A DNA stretch of 63,443 nucleotides, filler included, from Reticulomyxa filosa (GCA_000512085.1; 17 parts of 17 records of this genome joined end to end with filler, not necessarily neighbours in it), one strand, 5' to 3'; counted from the first letter of the whole stretch, positions 37,448-50,766 are shown. Translations and numbers: made by a program. Notes: generated by a model not told the origin, from the letters alone.

Positions 37448-38768
37448 TTATTTCATCACAATTTTAGAAAAAAGGTAATAAGCAGAACAAGGAATAGTGT
37501 AACGTTGTTGACAATGTAAAATGTGAAAACTTTTTGGGTTGGCTACGAGATACCTAAAACAATTGGCATCAATAAAGTTAAAGATAAATTTTTTTCTTGG
37601 AGAGATATTTAAGCATAAAAAACAAAGAGTATCAGGCAATTTAAACCATTCTTGTTTGTGCATGTCAAATTTGCTAACCAATTTGTGAAATCCAAGAACT
37701 GAATTGACTCCATTTATTACCAAAACATTGCCATCATTCTTTCTTTTCCATTGATACATAGTTGACCATTGGCCATGAATATTGATTTTATTATCTGGCA
37801 AATTAATCCATGTCTGATCATTAAAATCATAGAATGCAGTATTTGAATGTTCGCTATACGTTAGTAATCCACGTCTATTGTTGCCATTATATTCATCTGG
37901 CAAATGACATATAATTGCACTACTTAAGTCATTGTATGAACGAATTTTCTGATAAAAAAAAAAAAAAGAAATGTTAATGAAAGATAAATTAATAATATTA
38001 TCAAATATTTTTAACTGTAATAGGTGATGAAAATTCATTCCATTGAGTTCCATTTGATGTATAATCACTCAGTTTCATATGTTCACATTTCATAAAATGT
38101 GTATAATCGACACAAATTAAACCAACATAATGATCATATAAAATTTGACTTGGAAATTGAAGTGATTGAAATGCATTCAAATTCCATGAAAAAATATTTT
38201 CATTATCCAATAATATTGCAGTACATCCACATGTGTGCATATCTGTTTTCAAAAGTATTTGATGATATTTATCTGTTGATACATATAAAGATTGATTTAT
38301 TGATAATCCCATCTGTTTCAATTCTTGAATTCCAATTTTTCCAATATAACATAAATCTCCTCCTTTATCACTTTTATATATTAATGGATTGTGATATTTA
38401 TTCAAATATTGATTGTCAAACCAATTCACACTACTCTGTGTTTTACAATCTATTAATAACACTTTTTGATCTTTCCAATTTCTTACACTTGTATACACGC
38501 TCAATTTCATTTTCTTTCGAATTAAATGTTCAGAACATGAACAATAACACCAAATTATTGTTTCAAAATCTTCAATCCAACCATTATTTTTTATGGATAT
38601 TTTACTCGTGCGTAACCAATTCGATATTATCAAATCACTCTCACGGTATTTTACTTGCTTTTTTTTGTGTTGTAAAGACTACTTTTTCATTTGTTTCAAA
38701 AACAAACAAACAAATAAATATATATTAAATTGTTCAACTTTTTGATCTTCTGATGTTGATGTTGTCAT
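37448..38768 (-). CDS. Kelch-like beta-propeller protein with conserved N-terminal helical motif
   Basis: N-terminal LIISNWLRTSKISIKNNGWIEDFETIIWCY, followed by kelch-like blades (AFYDFNDQTWINLPD, VSKFDMHKQEWFKLPD). It is multi-exon and the 3' boundary is uncertain. Confidence 0.55.
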
Positions 38769-40014
38769 TCTTTTCAGACTGACTATGTTTTTTTTTCTCT
38801 TCAAGCAACCCCTTTGATCTTTCATTATTCGATTGATGCACTGGCGTCGAAAACAAAATAAGTCAGAAAATTGGGAAATATATACCACCACTTGGAAAAT
38901 ACAAAAACAAAAATCAAACAATTACAAAACAAAAAAGATACATAATCTTTTGACAAGTTACTAGCAGATCATCTCAATGTAAGATATGTTATGACAGTTA
39001 CTGAATTTTTTGATTAATGGAAGAGAATGTCACTTATAGCAAATAGCACAAGTGTTCTACTAACACAATTATGTATATAATGCCATAACAAAGAAAAAAT
39101 TTAAAATTTTACGCGCAGCACCTTTTTTTCTTTTTGCAAAGTTTGGTGTCCAATACGAATAAAACAAAAACTATGTTCGGTACCCTCAAAACGCATAAGA
39201 AGAACGTGTTGATGTAGTGGTATGGTAGTTACACACATCTGAACTTTATTCTAATGCTGCGAGCTTCAGGTAGGAAATGCAACTGGTGTGACGACGTCTT
39301 CTAATGTCATGTGACCAACAGCACTTTGGCAGTGTAGCTGTCAACGTGTCAATAAAGAGTATTTATTCATGTTCTTTTTTTAAGTTTATGAATAGCCAGT
39401 AATTTTAAAAGTCAACACAAATCAAATTATAAGTGCCGGTAGCACATAAGTTACAAAATTTTTGAAAGAAAAAAAGAACAAATTGTGGCAATGACTGGGA
39501 CACCAAGAAAGAATCAAGTTGTAATATTTTTGCTATACAGCTTGATAGTAAGCCAGAAGAAAAAAACAAAATGAACATGCTAACGTGAACAAAGTACAAT
39601 GCAATTTTGATTTTATGTCAGATGAGTCAAAAATGATATTGTCTGTAACAACATGAATTTATGCGTGATATACAAGTATTCAATTGTATTTAAAGTTTGT
39701 ATTTAATGCTTTCCAAATTGTTTCGTTATACCTGAATATGCTGACAAAAACAAAAAAATATTAGTCTATTTATTGTATAGTTTATGAAATTAAACAAATT
39801 TTTAGTAACAATTTGTTGCAATATTGGATGTACCATTGCTTTAGCAAAGAATATAAAAACATGTTAATCATACATTAAGTTGCAAAGAAAACTGAACGCC
39901 TAAAACATATCTTANNNNNNNNNNNNNNNNNNNNNNNNNNNNNNNNNNNNNNNNNNNNTTAATTAATTAANNNNNNNNNNNNNNNNNNNNNNNNNNNNNN
40001 NNNNNNNNNNNNNN

Positions 40015-43000
40015 ATTGAATTAACCAAAGGATTATTGGATAACGCTCAAACGAAACATAATGAGAAACAGTCAGGGTTGGAAGTTTGGATCCAACTGTT
40101 CAATCACAAAATCAATCAAGGTGTCGATCAATGGACTAGGTTACTGACAGAGTCATTGAAAACATGGTTTAGTGTTGATTATTTCGATGGATTAGCTCCC
40201 ATCAATTGCTATCACCGCAAAGCATTATGGCTGTTGACAGACTCACGATTGGATCTTTTACCTGGTTCATGTCGCGATGCATTTAAGCAATGTTTGGAGT
40301 CTAATTCAGAGCATTTTGAATTTAATAACGAATGTTGGACTGACAAAGATCGCAACGAGTTGAAAGTTTGTATTAGCAAACCGCCTTGGGATTTGTCCAA
40401 ATGGAATTGGTTTTTACCACTAATTTTCAAACACTCAATACAACAGTTTTTTCTATTGTAATGATTAAGATAACACAATATAATCTTTGATGTTATTGTT
40501 ATCTGATAGAAAAATGCCTCCGTCTGATGACGACGCTGACAAAAAAGAAGAAAAGTATTCCGAACATCCACCTATTATCAATGAACCGATACAAATGGAT
40601 GCATTGATCACTCAATTGCAAAAATGTATTTCATACGTTGGATGGAAAGAGGTCTTTATCAATCATCAAAATATCGATATCCTTCGCGATATATGGAAGT
40701 TTATTCAGAACACATTGGAAAGTTTGACGAAAGTGATATCAACTAGCAAAATCAGCTTTACACTTTACGAACTTCTCAAAGAAAATGAAAATGAGGCACA
40801 TATCAAAGAATTAGCTGGACATTTATTTGATCAACAAAAATGGTCAAAAACAATGGAAAAGTTTGATAAACTCAAAAAATGGGAGACCATCCTTCGACAG
40901 CTTTTATCCATGCAATATTTAAAAAAAGTTCCGAGCGATTTGGAGTCATTACATAACTTTCCGAAAAATGCAAAGGATCATCAAATTTCTGAAATCGAAA
41001 ATGAAATAAAAGTATTGGAGTGTTTCCAAGATGAGCTTCAGATAATGATTGATCGAGAACCAAATCAAGCATTTCTCATTAAATGGAATAATTGCAAGGA
41101 ACAATTCCAGGATTTGAAATGTTTAAAAATGAAAGTTCAATCCAATCAATTGGAACTAACACCAGATTTAGAAAAGCAGTTGTCTCGTTTTGTTGAAAGA
41201 ACAGACAAAAAAATAATTCGAAGGATAATGACAGCATGGACACATGTGGCAAAAAAAGAAAACAGAGTTGAAACGCAACCATCAAAATTGATCAAAGATT
41301 ATTTGCAAAACACATATTTTTTTTCAGATGAATTAAATTTTTTTCCACAACAACCATTCATTTGGGACTATTGTATAAACGGATACAATTTTGTCGTTTC
41401 GTGTTATGAGAATCTCAAAACGAGTAAAATTCATTCAATTGTCATGATTGACTTTATGGAAGTTTTTGAGCATGCCAATTTACAATGGAAAAAAGGAAAA
41501 AAAGTTACTTTTATTTATTTATTTTTTAAAAGTGAAAGAAAATGTATCCGACACAAACAAATTCAAACAAACAAAAAAAGAAAAATAAAAACATTATTTT
41601 GTTGTTTATGATAAATTAAGTCTTCGGAACAATGGGAAGCACAGTTTAATAAATTATGGGAACTGTATAACACCTGGCAAAAATTTAATCAAAGTGTAGA
41701 GACAATTCGGAAACATCATCAAAAAAAGCATGAAATAATAAATGATACCGAGTGGAAAACGCTTCAAGAAAAGTTAGACATGGGTAAACAATTGCTGGAA
41801 GACAAAGCTGAAATGTCAATTGAAGATGCGATCCACAATTACGATTGGTGTGTGGAATACTTTGGAGACATTAAGGAGTATGTAAATATTATCGAATTGA
41901 TCATAAGCAATGAGCAAAAAATTCAAACAGTTGCAAGTGATGAAATGTTTGCGGACAACACAATGTTTAACTTTGCATTGGAAAAATTGAAGAATTGTGA
42001 TACTGAAAAATTCCATCAATTGATTGGACCATTGCGTAATGTCAATCAAACACTGCAAGAAAAGAATATGGAAAATAGATTTCAAAGGAATGTGCGTGCT
42101 TGCCAGGACAGTACTTACAATTATGAAAGAAAATGAAACATTTGTAATGCAATTGGAACAATGTTTGAAAGTAGATCTCCATGCTCTTCTTCGTGTCATG
42201 AAAAAAGGTGATGATGTGATGGTTCAAAAAAAAAAAGATGAGTTTGTACAAGCACGCCAACAAGGGAATTGGCTGTTTGATGATTACGATACCATTTATT
42301 TTGCATACTCGCGTTTGAAAAGTGGCAGATATGAAGGATTGACGCTTCAGTTTGGAAGTAACAAATGGACTTGTGAAGAGATAGAACATTCCATAGATCT
42401 ACTAAAACTTGGTTTGACAAGTGAAGAAAAGAAAGATATTGAAACGATCATTTCACAATTTGAAATTTGCAAAGATATTTATGCCATTCGAATGGATTAT
42501 TGGGAAAAAGGAGGCACTTCATCTCAAGATAAGCTGAAGTTAGCAGCAAGTAATCCCATTCCAAACTTTGAGAGCCAAAAAATTATGTGGGTTGAAAGAT
42601 TGAAACAGTGGAATAAAAAGTGTATCAAATTGCGACACGAGTATCCATGTTTAACATACTTTACAATGAATGAAATCCAACAATTGGTTAAAGATTTGAA
42701 TCATATCAAAGCACATAAACCCCAATATTGGGATATATTAGCATCCAAGTATATTGTACCCTTCTTACAAAGATTAGATTATCAATTACAGGATGCATCT
42801 CAAGTGTTACATGAATGGAAAGATCAGAATAATGAAGATATGCAATCATTACAAGAACTTGGACGTATCTTTTCCAAAGTCCGGATGAAATCAAACAACA
42901 ATGAAAATGCATCCAATTTCTTTTCCATATTATCATCATTAAAAGCAGGGAGGCCTAATTTGGTCATTGCCAATCAAAACAATAAACTATTTTCAATGTT

Positions 43001-43621
43001 AAGTTTATATGAATCCATTGGATTGACACCTCGAGCTGAACATGTACTTTTGTGCAAGGAAACGACAACAGAAGAGGAAGTGGAATGTTTGATGTTGCGA
43101 GCATTACTATATGTGAGCGCAATGGGAGGTATAAATGTCAAGACACCATTATATTGTTTAGTTTGGCCAGAAAAATTACAAACAAGAATATTGGAGAAGG
43201 TAGTAAATCTTTTTAAAAAATACTTTTTTGAGCCATCGAGATCTCAACGAGCACAATTATATTTGTTCGCAGTGGTATCTTCCAATCGCGATAATGCATT
43301 ATCCTACTTCTTGCGAGGATTTGAATGGAACGCCTTTGGTCAGAATAGCCGTGAATTTACTAGTGAAATCTTATATTCACAAAAATTAAACATATTATCT
43401 ACAAATACACCAGACCGTTCTTTTTATCGGGTACAATTGTATGAGTCTGCAAAGGTTAGTATGAGCAAGAGTTGGACCATTCAGCGAGATATCGAATCTT
43501 TACAATCAAATACTAGTAAAGTACATAGCGTGTGTATACGTCTCAATAGTGGTGATATTGACTGGGAAGAAATTGTCAAGACATTATGGAAATATCATCC
43601 ATGTCAATTAAACAATGCATC
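40015..43621 (+). CDS. RNF213 (mysterin)-like giant AAA+ protein, internal fragment
   Basis: LRHEYPCLTYFTMNEIQQL, GRPNLVI...LSLY...TPRAEHVLLCKETTTEEEVECLMLRAL...LYCLVWPEKL and the degenerate P-loop YESAKVSMSKS match, from memory, the pre-AAA and first-AAA region of RNF213 (GQPNLV...P...EVLLC...TT.EEV.LLLRR...Y.L...D.L; S.RAGVGKS). Introns lie near 40446-40508 and 41504-41620, with one frameshift near 42062. Both ends are cut by contig edges. Confidence 0.75.
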
Positions 43622-43721
43622 NNNNNNNNNNNNNNNNNNNNNNNNNNNNNNNNNNNNNNNNNNNNTTAATTAATTAANNNNNNNNNNNNNNNNNNNNNNN
43701 NNNNNNNNNNNNNNNNNNNNN

Positions 43722-44008
43722 TATTGTCTCTTTTCCTAGATTATTGCCAAATTGTTTGAATAGATTCATCAGATAATGCTGTTGTTGTAAATTTGTGCTG
43801 TATTAAAATATATAAAGCAATGATTTGTTAAAAAATATTGAAATGTTTTTGTTAGTAAAAAGAGAAAAGAAATTGATTGTTACGTGTTCTCTGTTAGCCA
43901 GGTTAAAACATCCTTTGTATTTTTAGCATCTTGCTTAAACCATTCCAATAAATCTGAAATGATCTCTTCTTTCATCTTGGGAAACGCCTGTTGAAGTTGT
44001 GTAAGCAT
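43722..44008 (-). CDS. CUE-like repeat family protein (3' partial), paralogue 2
   Basis: MLTQLQQAFPKMKEEIISDLLEWFKQDAKNTKDVLTWLTENT|TNLQQQHYLMNLFKQFGNNLGKETI aligns with the gene at 22408. The first intron position and donor (GAGAACAC|GTAACAAT) are identical. Confidence 0.75.
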
Positions 44009-47000
44009 GATGATGAAGTTGATTGCAAAAGAAAACCCTTTTTTTTATTTGAACGTTATCATAAACAAAAAAATTTCACTTCAAACAAAAGATTTGTAAA
44101 AATTAAAATAAATATTAAAATGAACTAAAAGAGAATTTGGAGAAATATTAAATAAATGATTTCATTGACAAAGATGAAGATAGATTTTATTTTATCAATG
44201 AACTTAAAATTTCTGTTAGTCAAGATTATCCTGTCAAAGTAATAGTTAGCTGAAACAGAAAAGAGCTTTGTATATTTCCAAACAATTTTTCTATTTTCAA
44301 AAAATTTTATTGCATTAAAAAGAGAAAAAAAAATCGATTTGAATTTATTATGTTGTGACATTTGAGTTTTTTTAATTTGAAAAAAAAGTGAAGAAATTGC
44401 TATCAAATTCTATGCCAAGTTTTTTTTTTAGTAGATTTTTTGGATATAATACTTTTTTTTAGATAGATTACTTTTTTGACTATTTCTTACTCAATTCAAT
44501 TTTAGTTCTTTGTTTTTGCTTCAAAAAATATGAAATAAGCTACCACAATAATTAAAATTTTTATCAACTGATCTTTATAATATAAAATAAGAACGGTCAA
44601 CAAAAATAAAAGCAATACTATTTATATTTTCAGATCAGAAACCGGAAACATCAATCATTTTGATTAGTTTGTTGTTTCCTAGTTTGAGTAATGATTTCAT
44701 CTTTAAATAAAGAATTTAGATTTATAATACATTTGAACAAACATTTAAAACAAATAAATAAGTTGAACAGCAAATAATTTGAAATCATATTTCTTGATCG
44801 AAAATGTTCCTAAGGAGTTATATGTTTTATTTATTTGACCTTATCAATACAAATCTCCTTTTTTTTTGTTTCACTCCGATTTTATTGAATGTATAAGAAA
44901 CACTCCAATTTTTTCGGAGTAGAAATTAGATAATAATTCTATTTTAAAAATGCCAATAAAATATCATTCTTATATCTCTAAGCTTTTGTGTTTTGATTCA
45001 AATGGTCATTTTATTTCATTTATTTTTCGTGCTTATACCAACCCTCAATATCCACTTCTCAGTTACATAAATATTCGTGCGTTATTATTTTCAATATTTG
45101 TAGTGAACTTTTGAAACATCAATAGTCAAACTAATATCTCTAAAGGCAAGTTTTCTTTTGACTGTGTTTAATGGCATATTCAAGTAATTCGTTGAAAATA
45201 ACAAAAAGTCAAAAAACCAATTTATTGCTGTTCTTGATTTTTTTTCTTTTTTTTATGACTGAAGAAACAATCGTTAGTGATACTGATTTGTATAAAACTT
45301 TTGACATTGATTGTAAATGCTCCTTTTGCATGATTCAAATGTTCTAGGCAATATTTTATAATTTATCATTCAAGGAAAATTAGATCAGAAAAATTTATTA
45401 TCATTACAAAAAATTTGTTAATCTCTTTTTCATTCCAAAAAATGCAAAGAATAAATCATATCAATAATATACAGTCCTTTCAATAAAATAATTCAAATTC
45501 AAATTTAGACATTGAATTTTTCTCCTTTTGAAAAGGAGAACAATTTGAATATTTGTATTATTTTAAAACTTTGTCACTTTTTTTCATTTTAAAAAAAATC
45601 CTTGGTAGTTTTTCAATTCAACAAATAATAATTTATGCAAAGTTCCAATATTCTTGAGCTTGCAATGGTCTGTTGTAAAGACTGAATTGTGTATCTAATA
45701 ATTGCAAAATAGAAATATTAAATATTTCAAAACTAAACAGAAACAAAACACAAATTAATGTAACAAAATTTTACTAAATCCAGAAATTACAGAAAGTCGT
45801 TTTTTCCGACAAAAATCTACTCCAAAAATTGTTGAAAAGTTAGAGTGAAATATACTCTTCTTAAACAAAAAATGATTTGCAAAAAACTTTCACTTTCTTA
45901 ATGATTGTTACAATAAAGACTGAGTATCTGCTTTGAATAGACAAAGTGGTTTTAAATTTTGGTGTTATTGGACGACCAAGTTGCAAATAACGCAATGGAA
46001 TTGACTAGTGTTAGTGAGCAATGTTTAATAAAATTTTTGAACAGGACAAGCAGCAAGAAAATGTACGCGATTTAAAGGTGATCTGTCCTCGATCAAGAAA
46101 ACATTAAATTCTTTTGTAAAAGCAATCTATTCGTTGTATTATTAAAAAAAATTACCTCAAAGGCTGTACGTCATCAAGTTTTTAAATTGTTTGAATTAGA
46201 AAAGTCCCAAAATTGTCCCTTTTTTGAAGGAATTTCAGTAAAACGAAAGAAAGTGCAAAAATTGACCTGATGTCGTATGGTATTTAAAATTATTCTTTAC
46301 TTTATCAATTTACATTTTTGAAAAAATATAAATTGAAAATTATAAAATGATTTTATATTTCAGTTCGTAACATATTTGTACAATTTGACTAGACTAATGT
46401 AATAAAAAAGATAAAACAAATAATGTCATGTTTGTTTTCTTTTTCATTTAGCACAGGTATCTTGTCTGCTTGTTTATTATTTAAATAAATTTCCTTTCTT
46501 TGCAAGACATCTTTTGCTTGATTAATGGAACAAAATAATGGTATATAATTCAAAATGACCGCAAGCACAATCTGTGATTTCTTGCAAAGATTCGCATTCT
46601 TTTTTTCTATTCACTATTCATAGATAGGAAATGATGTGTTTTTCATTGTTACAAAAATAGATATTTATCAAAAAATAAATAATTTAATAAAAATGTAAAC
46701 ACTTCATAAAGTAGAACTTTAAGTCTTTTTGGATAAAGAAAAAACTCTTCACCATAATAAAGAAAAAAGAACATCTGTCTTGAATTGTGAGGATGATGGA
46801 ATAAGACGTGTTAACTCGTGTTATGTTCGATAGCAACAATTTATTGCTAATTACCAAGTGGTGTTTTCACAACTAATTTTTCTTTATATCAAATTTGTGG
46901 TTTGTCAACTGTTAAATGTTTCTATACTTTGATAAAACCTTTCTAATTTTTGATTAATTAATTAAGGCTTTGAAAATCAATGTTAATATCGATGTAAAAT

Positions 47001-48299
47001 GGTGGATGAAGTCATCTGTCGAAACATTTATAAGTGTCCTTTCAAATTGAAAATAGGTCTTATTGTTGTTATNNNNNNNNNNNNNNNNNNNNNNNNNNNN
47101 NNNNNNNNNNNNNNNNTTAATTAATTAANNNNNNNNNNNNNNNNNNNNNNNNNNNNNNNNNNNNNNNNNNNNTATACGCGGTAAGTTTTAAAGCACTTCC
47201 ACCTCTCACAGTCACTATACACGTAAGATGCAGAACCGACGATAGTAGCCCCTCGAAAATGAATTGCAACAAAAACGTTGCCAAATGGTGAAAAAGGTTA
47301 AAAAACCACACAATACTGACAATATCACAAAATCCAACTACTATAAAAAAATTTTTAATCACTATAAAAAATTAATTTTACTAGTAAAAAAATTTTTTTG
47401 GACTTTGACTTGACGGTTCTTGTTGTGTCACAAGCGAATAGCCATAAAACGAAAGAGGCCAGATGATGGATTAAAGGATGAAGTAGCAAAGAAAGCAAAG
47501 CATCAATCACCGACGTTTCAAGTTGTCAAGTAAGCAACAAAACGAAGAAAAAAAGATTGCTGAAATCACATTTGAAAATTGTGGAAGAAAAACATGCAAA
47601 TTCGACGACAATTCTTGTGTACCATTTGTATCGACGTCCATGTCATTATTCGATCTCATTTTGGATTGTCGTTGTTTGTTTCTGATATCAATACCATAAA
47701 AAAAAAAAATATCAAGCCCCTCATAGTCAATAGCCAAAAACAGGGGTAAAAAAGCCAGGGAATGGGCACAATGTCCAAAATACATGTGACTTATCGAATG
47801 CGACTTACAGATACGAAGTTGACGCTGAAAGCGTGCAATAAATTTTGCGTAGTGGAAATTTTTTTTTTCCAATGAAATTACTTTTAAACGATGACATTTT
47901 AGATTTCAAATTGTTTTGGTTTGTTTTAGTTAATTTGGGGGTTGTTTTTGTTAGAAATTTTTTTATGTTATCCTTATGAAGAATAAGGCGTCGCAGCAGA
48001 ATGAAGAGAGGGGACCTCCTTATCTTCGTACAAGGGAGATTTAAAATAAATTTTTGACTGTTCGGGTAAAGGCTTTTGCATAAGATGTTGGACAACCAAC
48101 AGTCACAACTTGCAATTGACCTGACAATGCCTAATAAAATTCATTTTTTCATTATTTTGTTTTATCACTTTACTGCAAAATTGTAATGTTTGAAAGTGAG
48201 ATTTTCCTTGTTTTATTTGCTTTTTTTACGAAGTACTGTGTTAAATTTTTTGACGAGGTGCTTCGTTTAACTTGGAAAGGAAACTTTACCTTTGGCTTT

Positions 48300-48764
48300 G
48301 AAGCCAGGAAAGCGTCGCAATTGCAACCAGATCTGAACCAACAACACCGATCAGCCGCATTCCTGAATAATCATGGATTGAATTCTTATTTCACAGAGCA
48401 ATGGAATAGACATTGGATATGTGAAGGAGTAGATAATCCAAGACATGTGATGCCCCGATATTTCTTATCTAACCTGATGGAAGCACAATCATTTGAGAAG
48501 ATTGTTATGCATTCATTGACATTTAGTGAACGCAAGATCATTTGTCGGCTGATCACTGGCAAAGTTGGATTGAATGATTATTTGTATAACATCCAAAGAT
48601 CAGAGTCTCCTGATTGTATTTGGCGTGAAGAAGAGACTGTCGAACATTTCTTAATGGAATGTTTGAAATATCAGACATTGCTTCCGGATCGAACGTGGAA
48701 ACCGGACATTAGAACCAAGGTTGTCAAGGCAGCGGCCAAGTTCGTTATCGATACCAAGAGTTAA
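48300..48764 (+). mobile_element. Non-LTR retrotransposon (LINE) ORF2 3' remnant
   Basis: QWNRHW...ERKIICRLITGKVGLNDYLYNIQRSESPDCIWREEETVEHFLMECLKY...AAAKFVIDTKS matches the C-terminal CCHC-type domain of LINE ORF2 (RL.TGH..LN..L..I....SP.C..C..EETV.HFL..C..Y). No RT domain is retained. Confidence 0.8.
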
Positions 48765-50169
48765 TCAATTTGGATTAAAATTTGTCCTGAAAAACTCGAA
48801 ATTGTTCAAATCTTTTTTCTTTAATTACTTTTGTGTGGACCTTCTTTTGTCTTGTTTTTTCTTTTCTTTTGAGTACTGTGTTCTATTTCTTAGAACGAGG
48901 TGCTCTTTTAACTTGAAAGACCTGAGTTTGTGCAGGNNNNNNNNNNNNNNNNNNNNNNNNNNNNNNNNNNNNNNNNNNNNTTAATTAATTAANNNNNNNN
49001 NNNNNNNNNNNNNNNNNNNNNNNNNNNNNNNNNNNNGAGGCAGCCGATGAAAACTCCCCCCTCAATAAAAGTTTTTACATGAAAAGTGAGGAAAGGATTG
49101 GATGGCAAAACACACTTAGGACGACGACGGTGGCCTATCAAATCAAACCGAAACCTTTTGACCAACGACAACACATTACCAAGTCAGTCCAAAAAGTTAT
49201 TGAAAAAATACCAACAAAACACCAGCATACAACACAAACCATACGCCAGCTCCAGGCAAGACCAAAGGACACAAAGGTGGATTTGGGAACAAAGTCATCG
49301 AACGAAACAGCGGGCGCAACAGTGAAGGAAAAAGTTTTACCATCGGAGAATTCCTTCGATGGAACAAAAAATGAAAGCACCCGACGTATACGCGAGCCGG
49401 ACGATGGAAATTTTTTGCTCATAAGGAAAGACCGTTACGTCACCATCGAGCTACCACAAATTATCCCCTTGCTCCCGTCGAATAGAAGAAGCGGTAAACG
49501 AGTATATAATACGCTCATATACGGAGAATTCGTTCCCCAATCGCGGAAATGAGAACCCAGCGCCCACAACATTGGAAGGCCTGACCGAATACATGGCGAC
49601 CTGGGAGATACCTTGGACCACGACACCAGACAGTAATGCGGAGCAAAAGGTAGAGTAAGGCAGAGGAAGAGAGGACATCATATCTTCCAGTGAAGACCGG
49701 TCTAGTGGAGAAAAAGAACCAAGGAACTAAGAAACCAGTATATTGACTTCAATAGCGTCTTCCCTTCGACCAATCGAAATTCTCGACTCGGACGATAAAC
49801 CTGTTGCCACCACGACACAACCGTATACAAAGATCGAGAGACAAACATTAGAGACAGACAGTGTCGCAATCAAAGACACAACAAATTCACCGGCAATTGG
49901 AGGAACATTGCAAATACGCGAAAATTCCAATGCAGAAAAAACAGCACCAGCTACAGTAGATATCACCCAACCATACCCGATACTCGAGATTAATAAAGCA
50001 CATGTAATTGAGATGATGCCCCCCAAGCCACCATTGATCCATTCACCAAACCAACCAATGCAACCACCGNNNNNNNNNNNNNNNNNNNNNNNNNNNNNNN
50101 NNNNNNNNNNNNNTTAATTAATTAANNNNNNNNNNNNNNNNNNNNNNNNNNNNNNNNNNNNNNNNNNNN

Positions 50170-50766
50170 TTTAGCTTGCTGGCAGAAATGATATCTGTTG
50201 GCACGCTCATGGCGTATATCTTAATCTGCAGTGGGGTCATTGTTCTGCGCTATCCTTTACACGTGAAGCAGCTGACGCAACAGGTTGTGACTACCAATCC
50301 CACTTTGGTGTGGGCTGTCGTCTTATATGCATTCACTTGTATTGGCCTTGGCTTTGCTTTGGACCAACTCGATTTTCAATTCCCCGATCTCTTTGTTATT
50401 ATTGCTCTTGTGATTATTGCTCTTCTCTTATTTTCTTATTTTGTGTATATTCATTGCACTTGCGCTGCCCCTTTTCTTGGTGATAATATCTTCTTATGTC
50501 CTTGGTGTCCTTTCATCCCTGCTTTGGGCATTTTCACCAACTCGTACATGATTGCCTCATTAAAGTGGGATTCGTTCGCTCGGGTTGTTGCTTGGTTTTT
50601 CGTTGGTCTTTCCATTTACATCTTTTATGGATCCAAATACTCCAAGCTCAATTTCAATGACGGAAACGAAAGGAGGTTGAATGTCTCGTTTTCCAGTGAG
50701 CCACGAAATGATACTGAGTCCAACGGTCCAGGCCATAGGGTCTTACGTTTAGCGTCGGATTCTTAA
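50170..50766 (+). CDS. Cationic amino acid transporter (APC/SLC7 CAT-type), C-terminal part
   Basis: LAEMISVGTLMAYILICSGVIVLRY and the AA_permease_C-like FLCPWCPFIPALGIFTNSYMIASLKWDSFARVVAWFFVGLSIYIFYGSKYSKL. Confidence 0.9.
   Translation, partial: FSLLAEMISVGTLMAYILICSGVIVLRYPLHVKQLTQQVVTTNPTLVWAVVLYAFTCIGLGFALDQLDFQFPDLFVIIALVIIALLLFSYFVYIHCTCAAPFLGDNIFLCPWCPFIPALGIFTNSYMIASLKWDSFARVVAWFFVGLSIYIFYGSKYSKLNFNDGNERRLNVSFSSEPRNDTESNGPGHRVLRLASDS

Noticed and set aside
38099-38728. 209-aa plus-strand ORF
   Set aside because: It is the antisense shadow of the minus-strand kelch-like gene and has no motifs of its own.
46954-46965. TTAATTAATTAA without flanking Ns
   Set aside because: Plausible by chance in very AT-rich DNA, and there is no evidence of a junction.
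44010-47072. About 3 kb nearly ORF-free region that might hide an RNA gene
   Set aside because: It is very AT-rich, and I saw no tRNA, rRNA or stable hairpin pattern. An Infernal/Rfam scan would be needed to exclude one.
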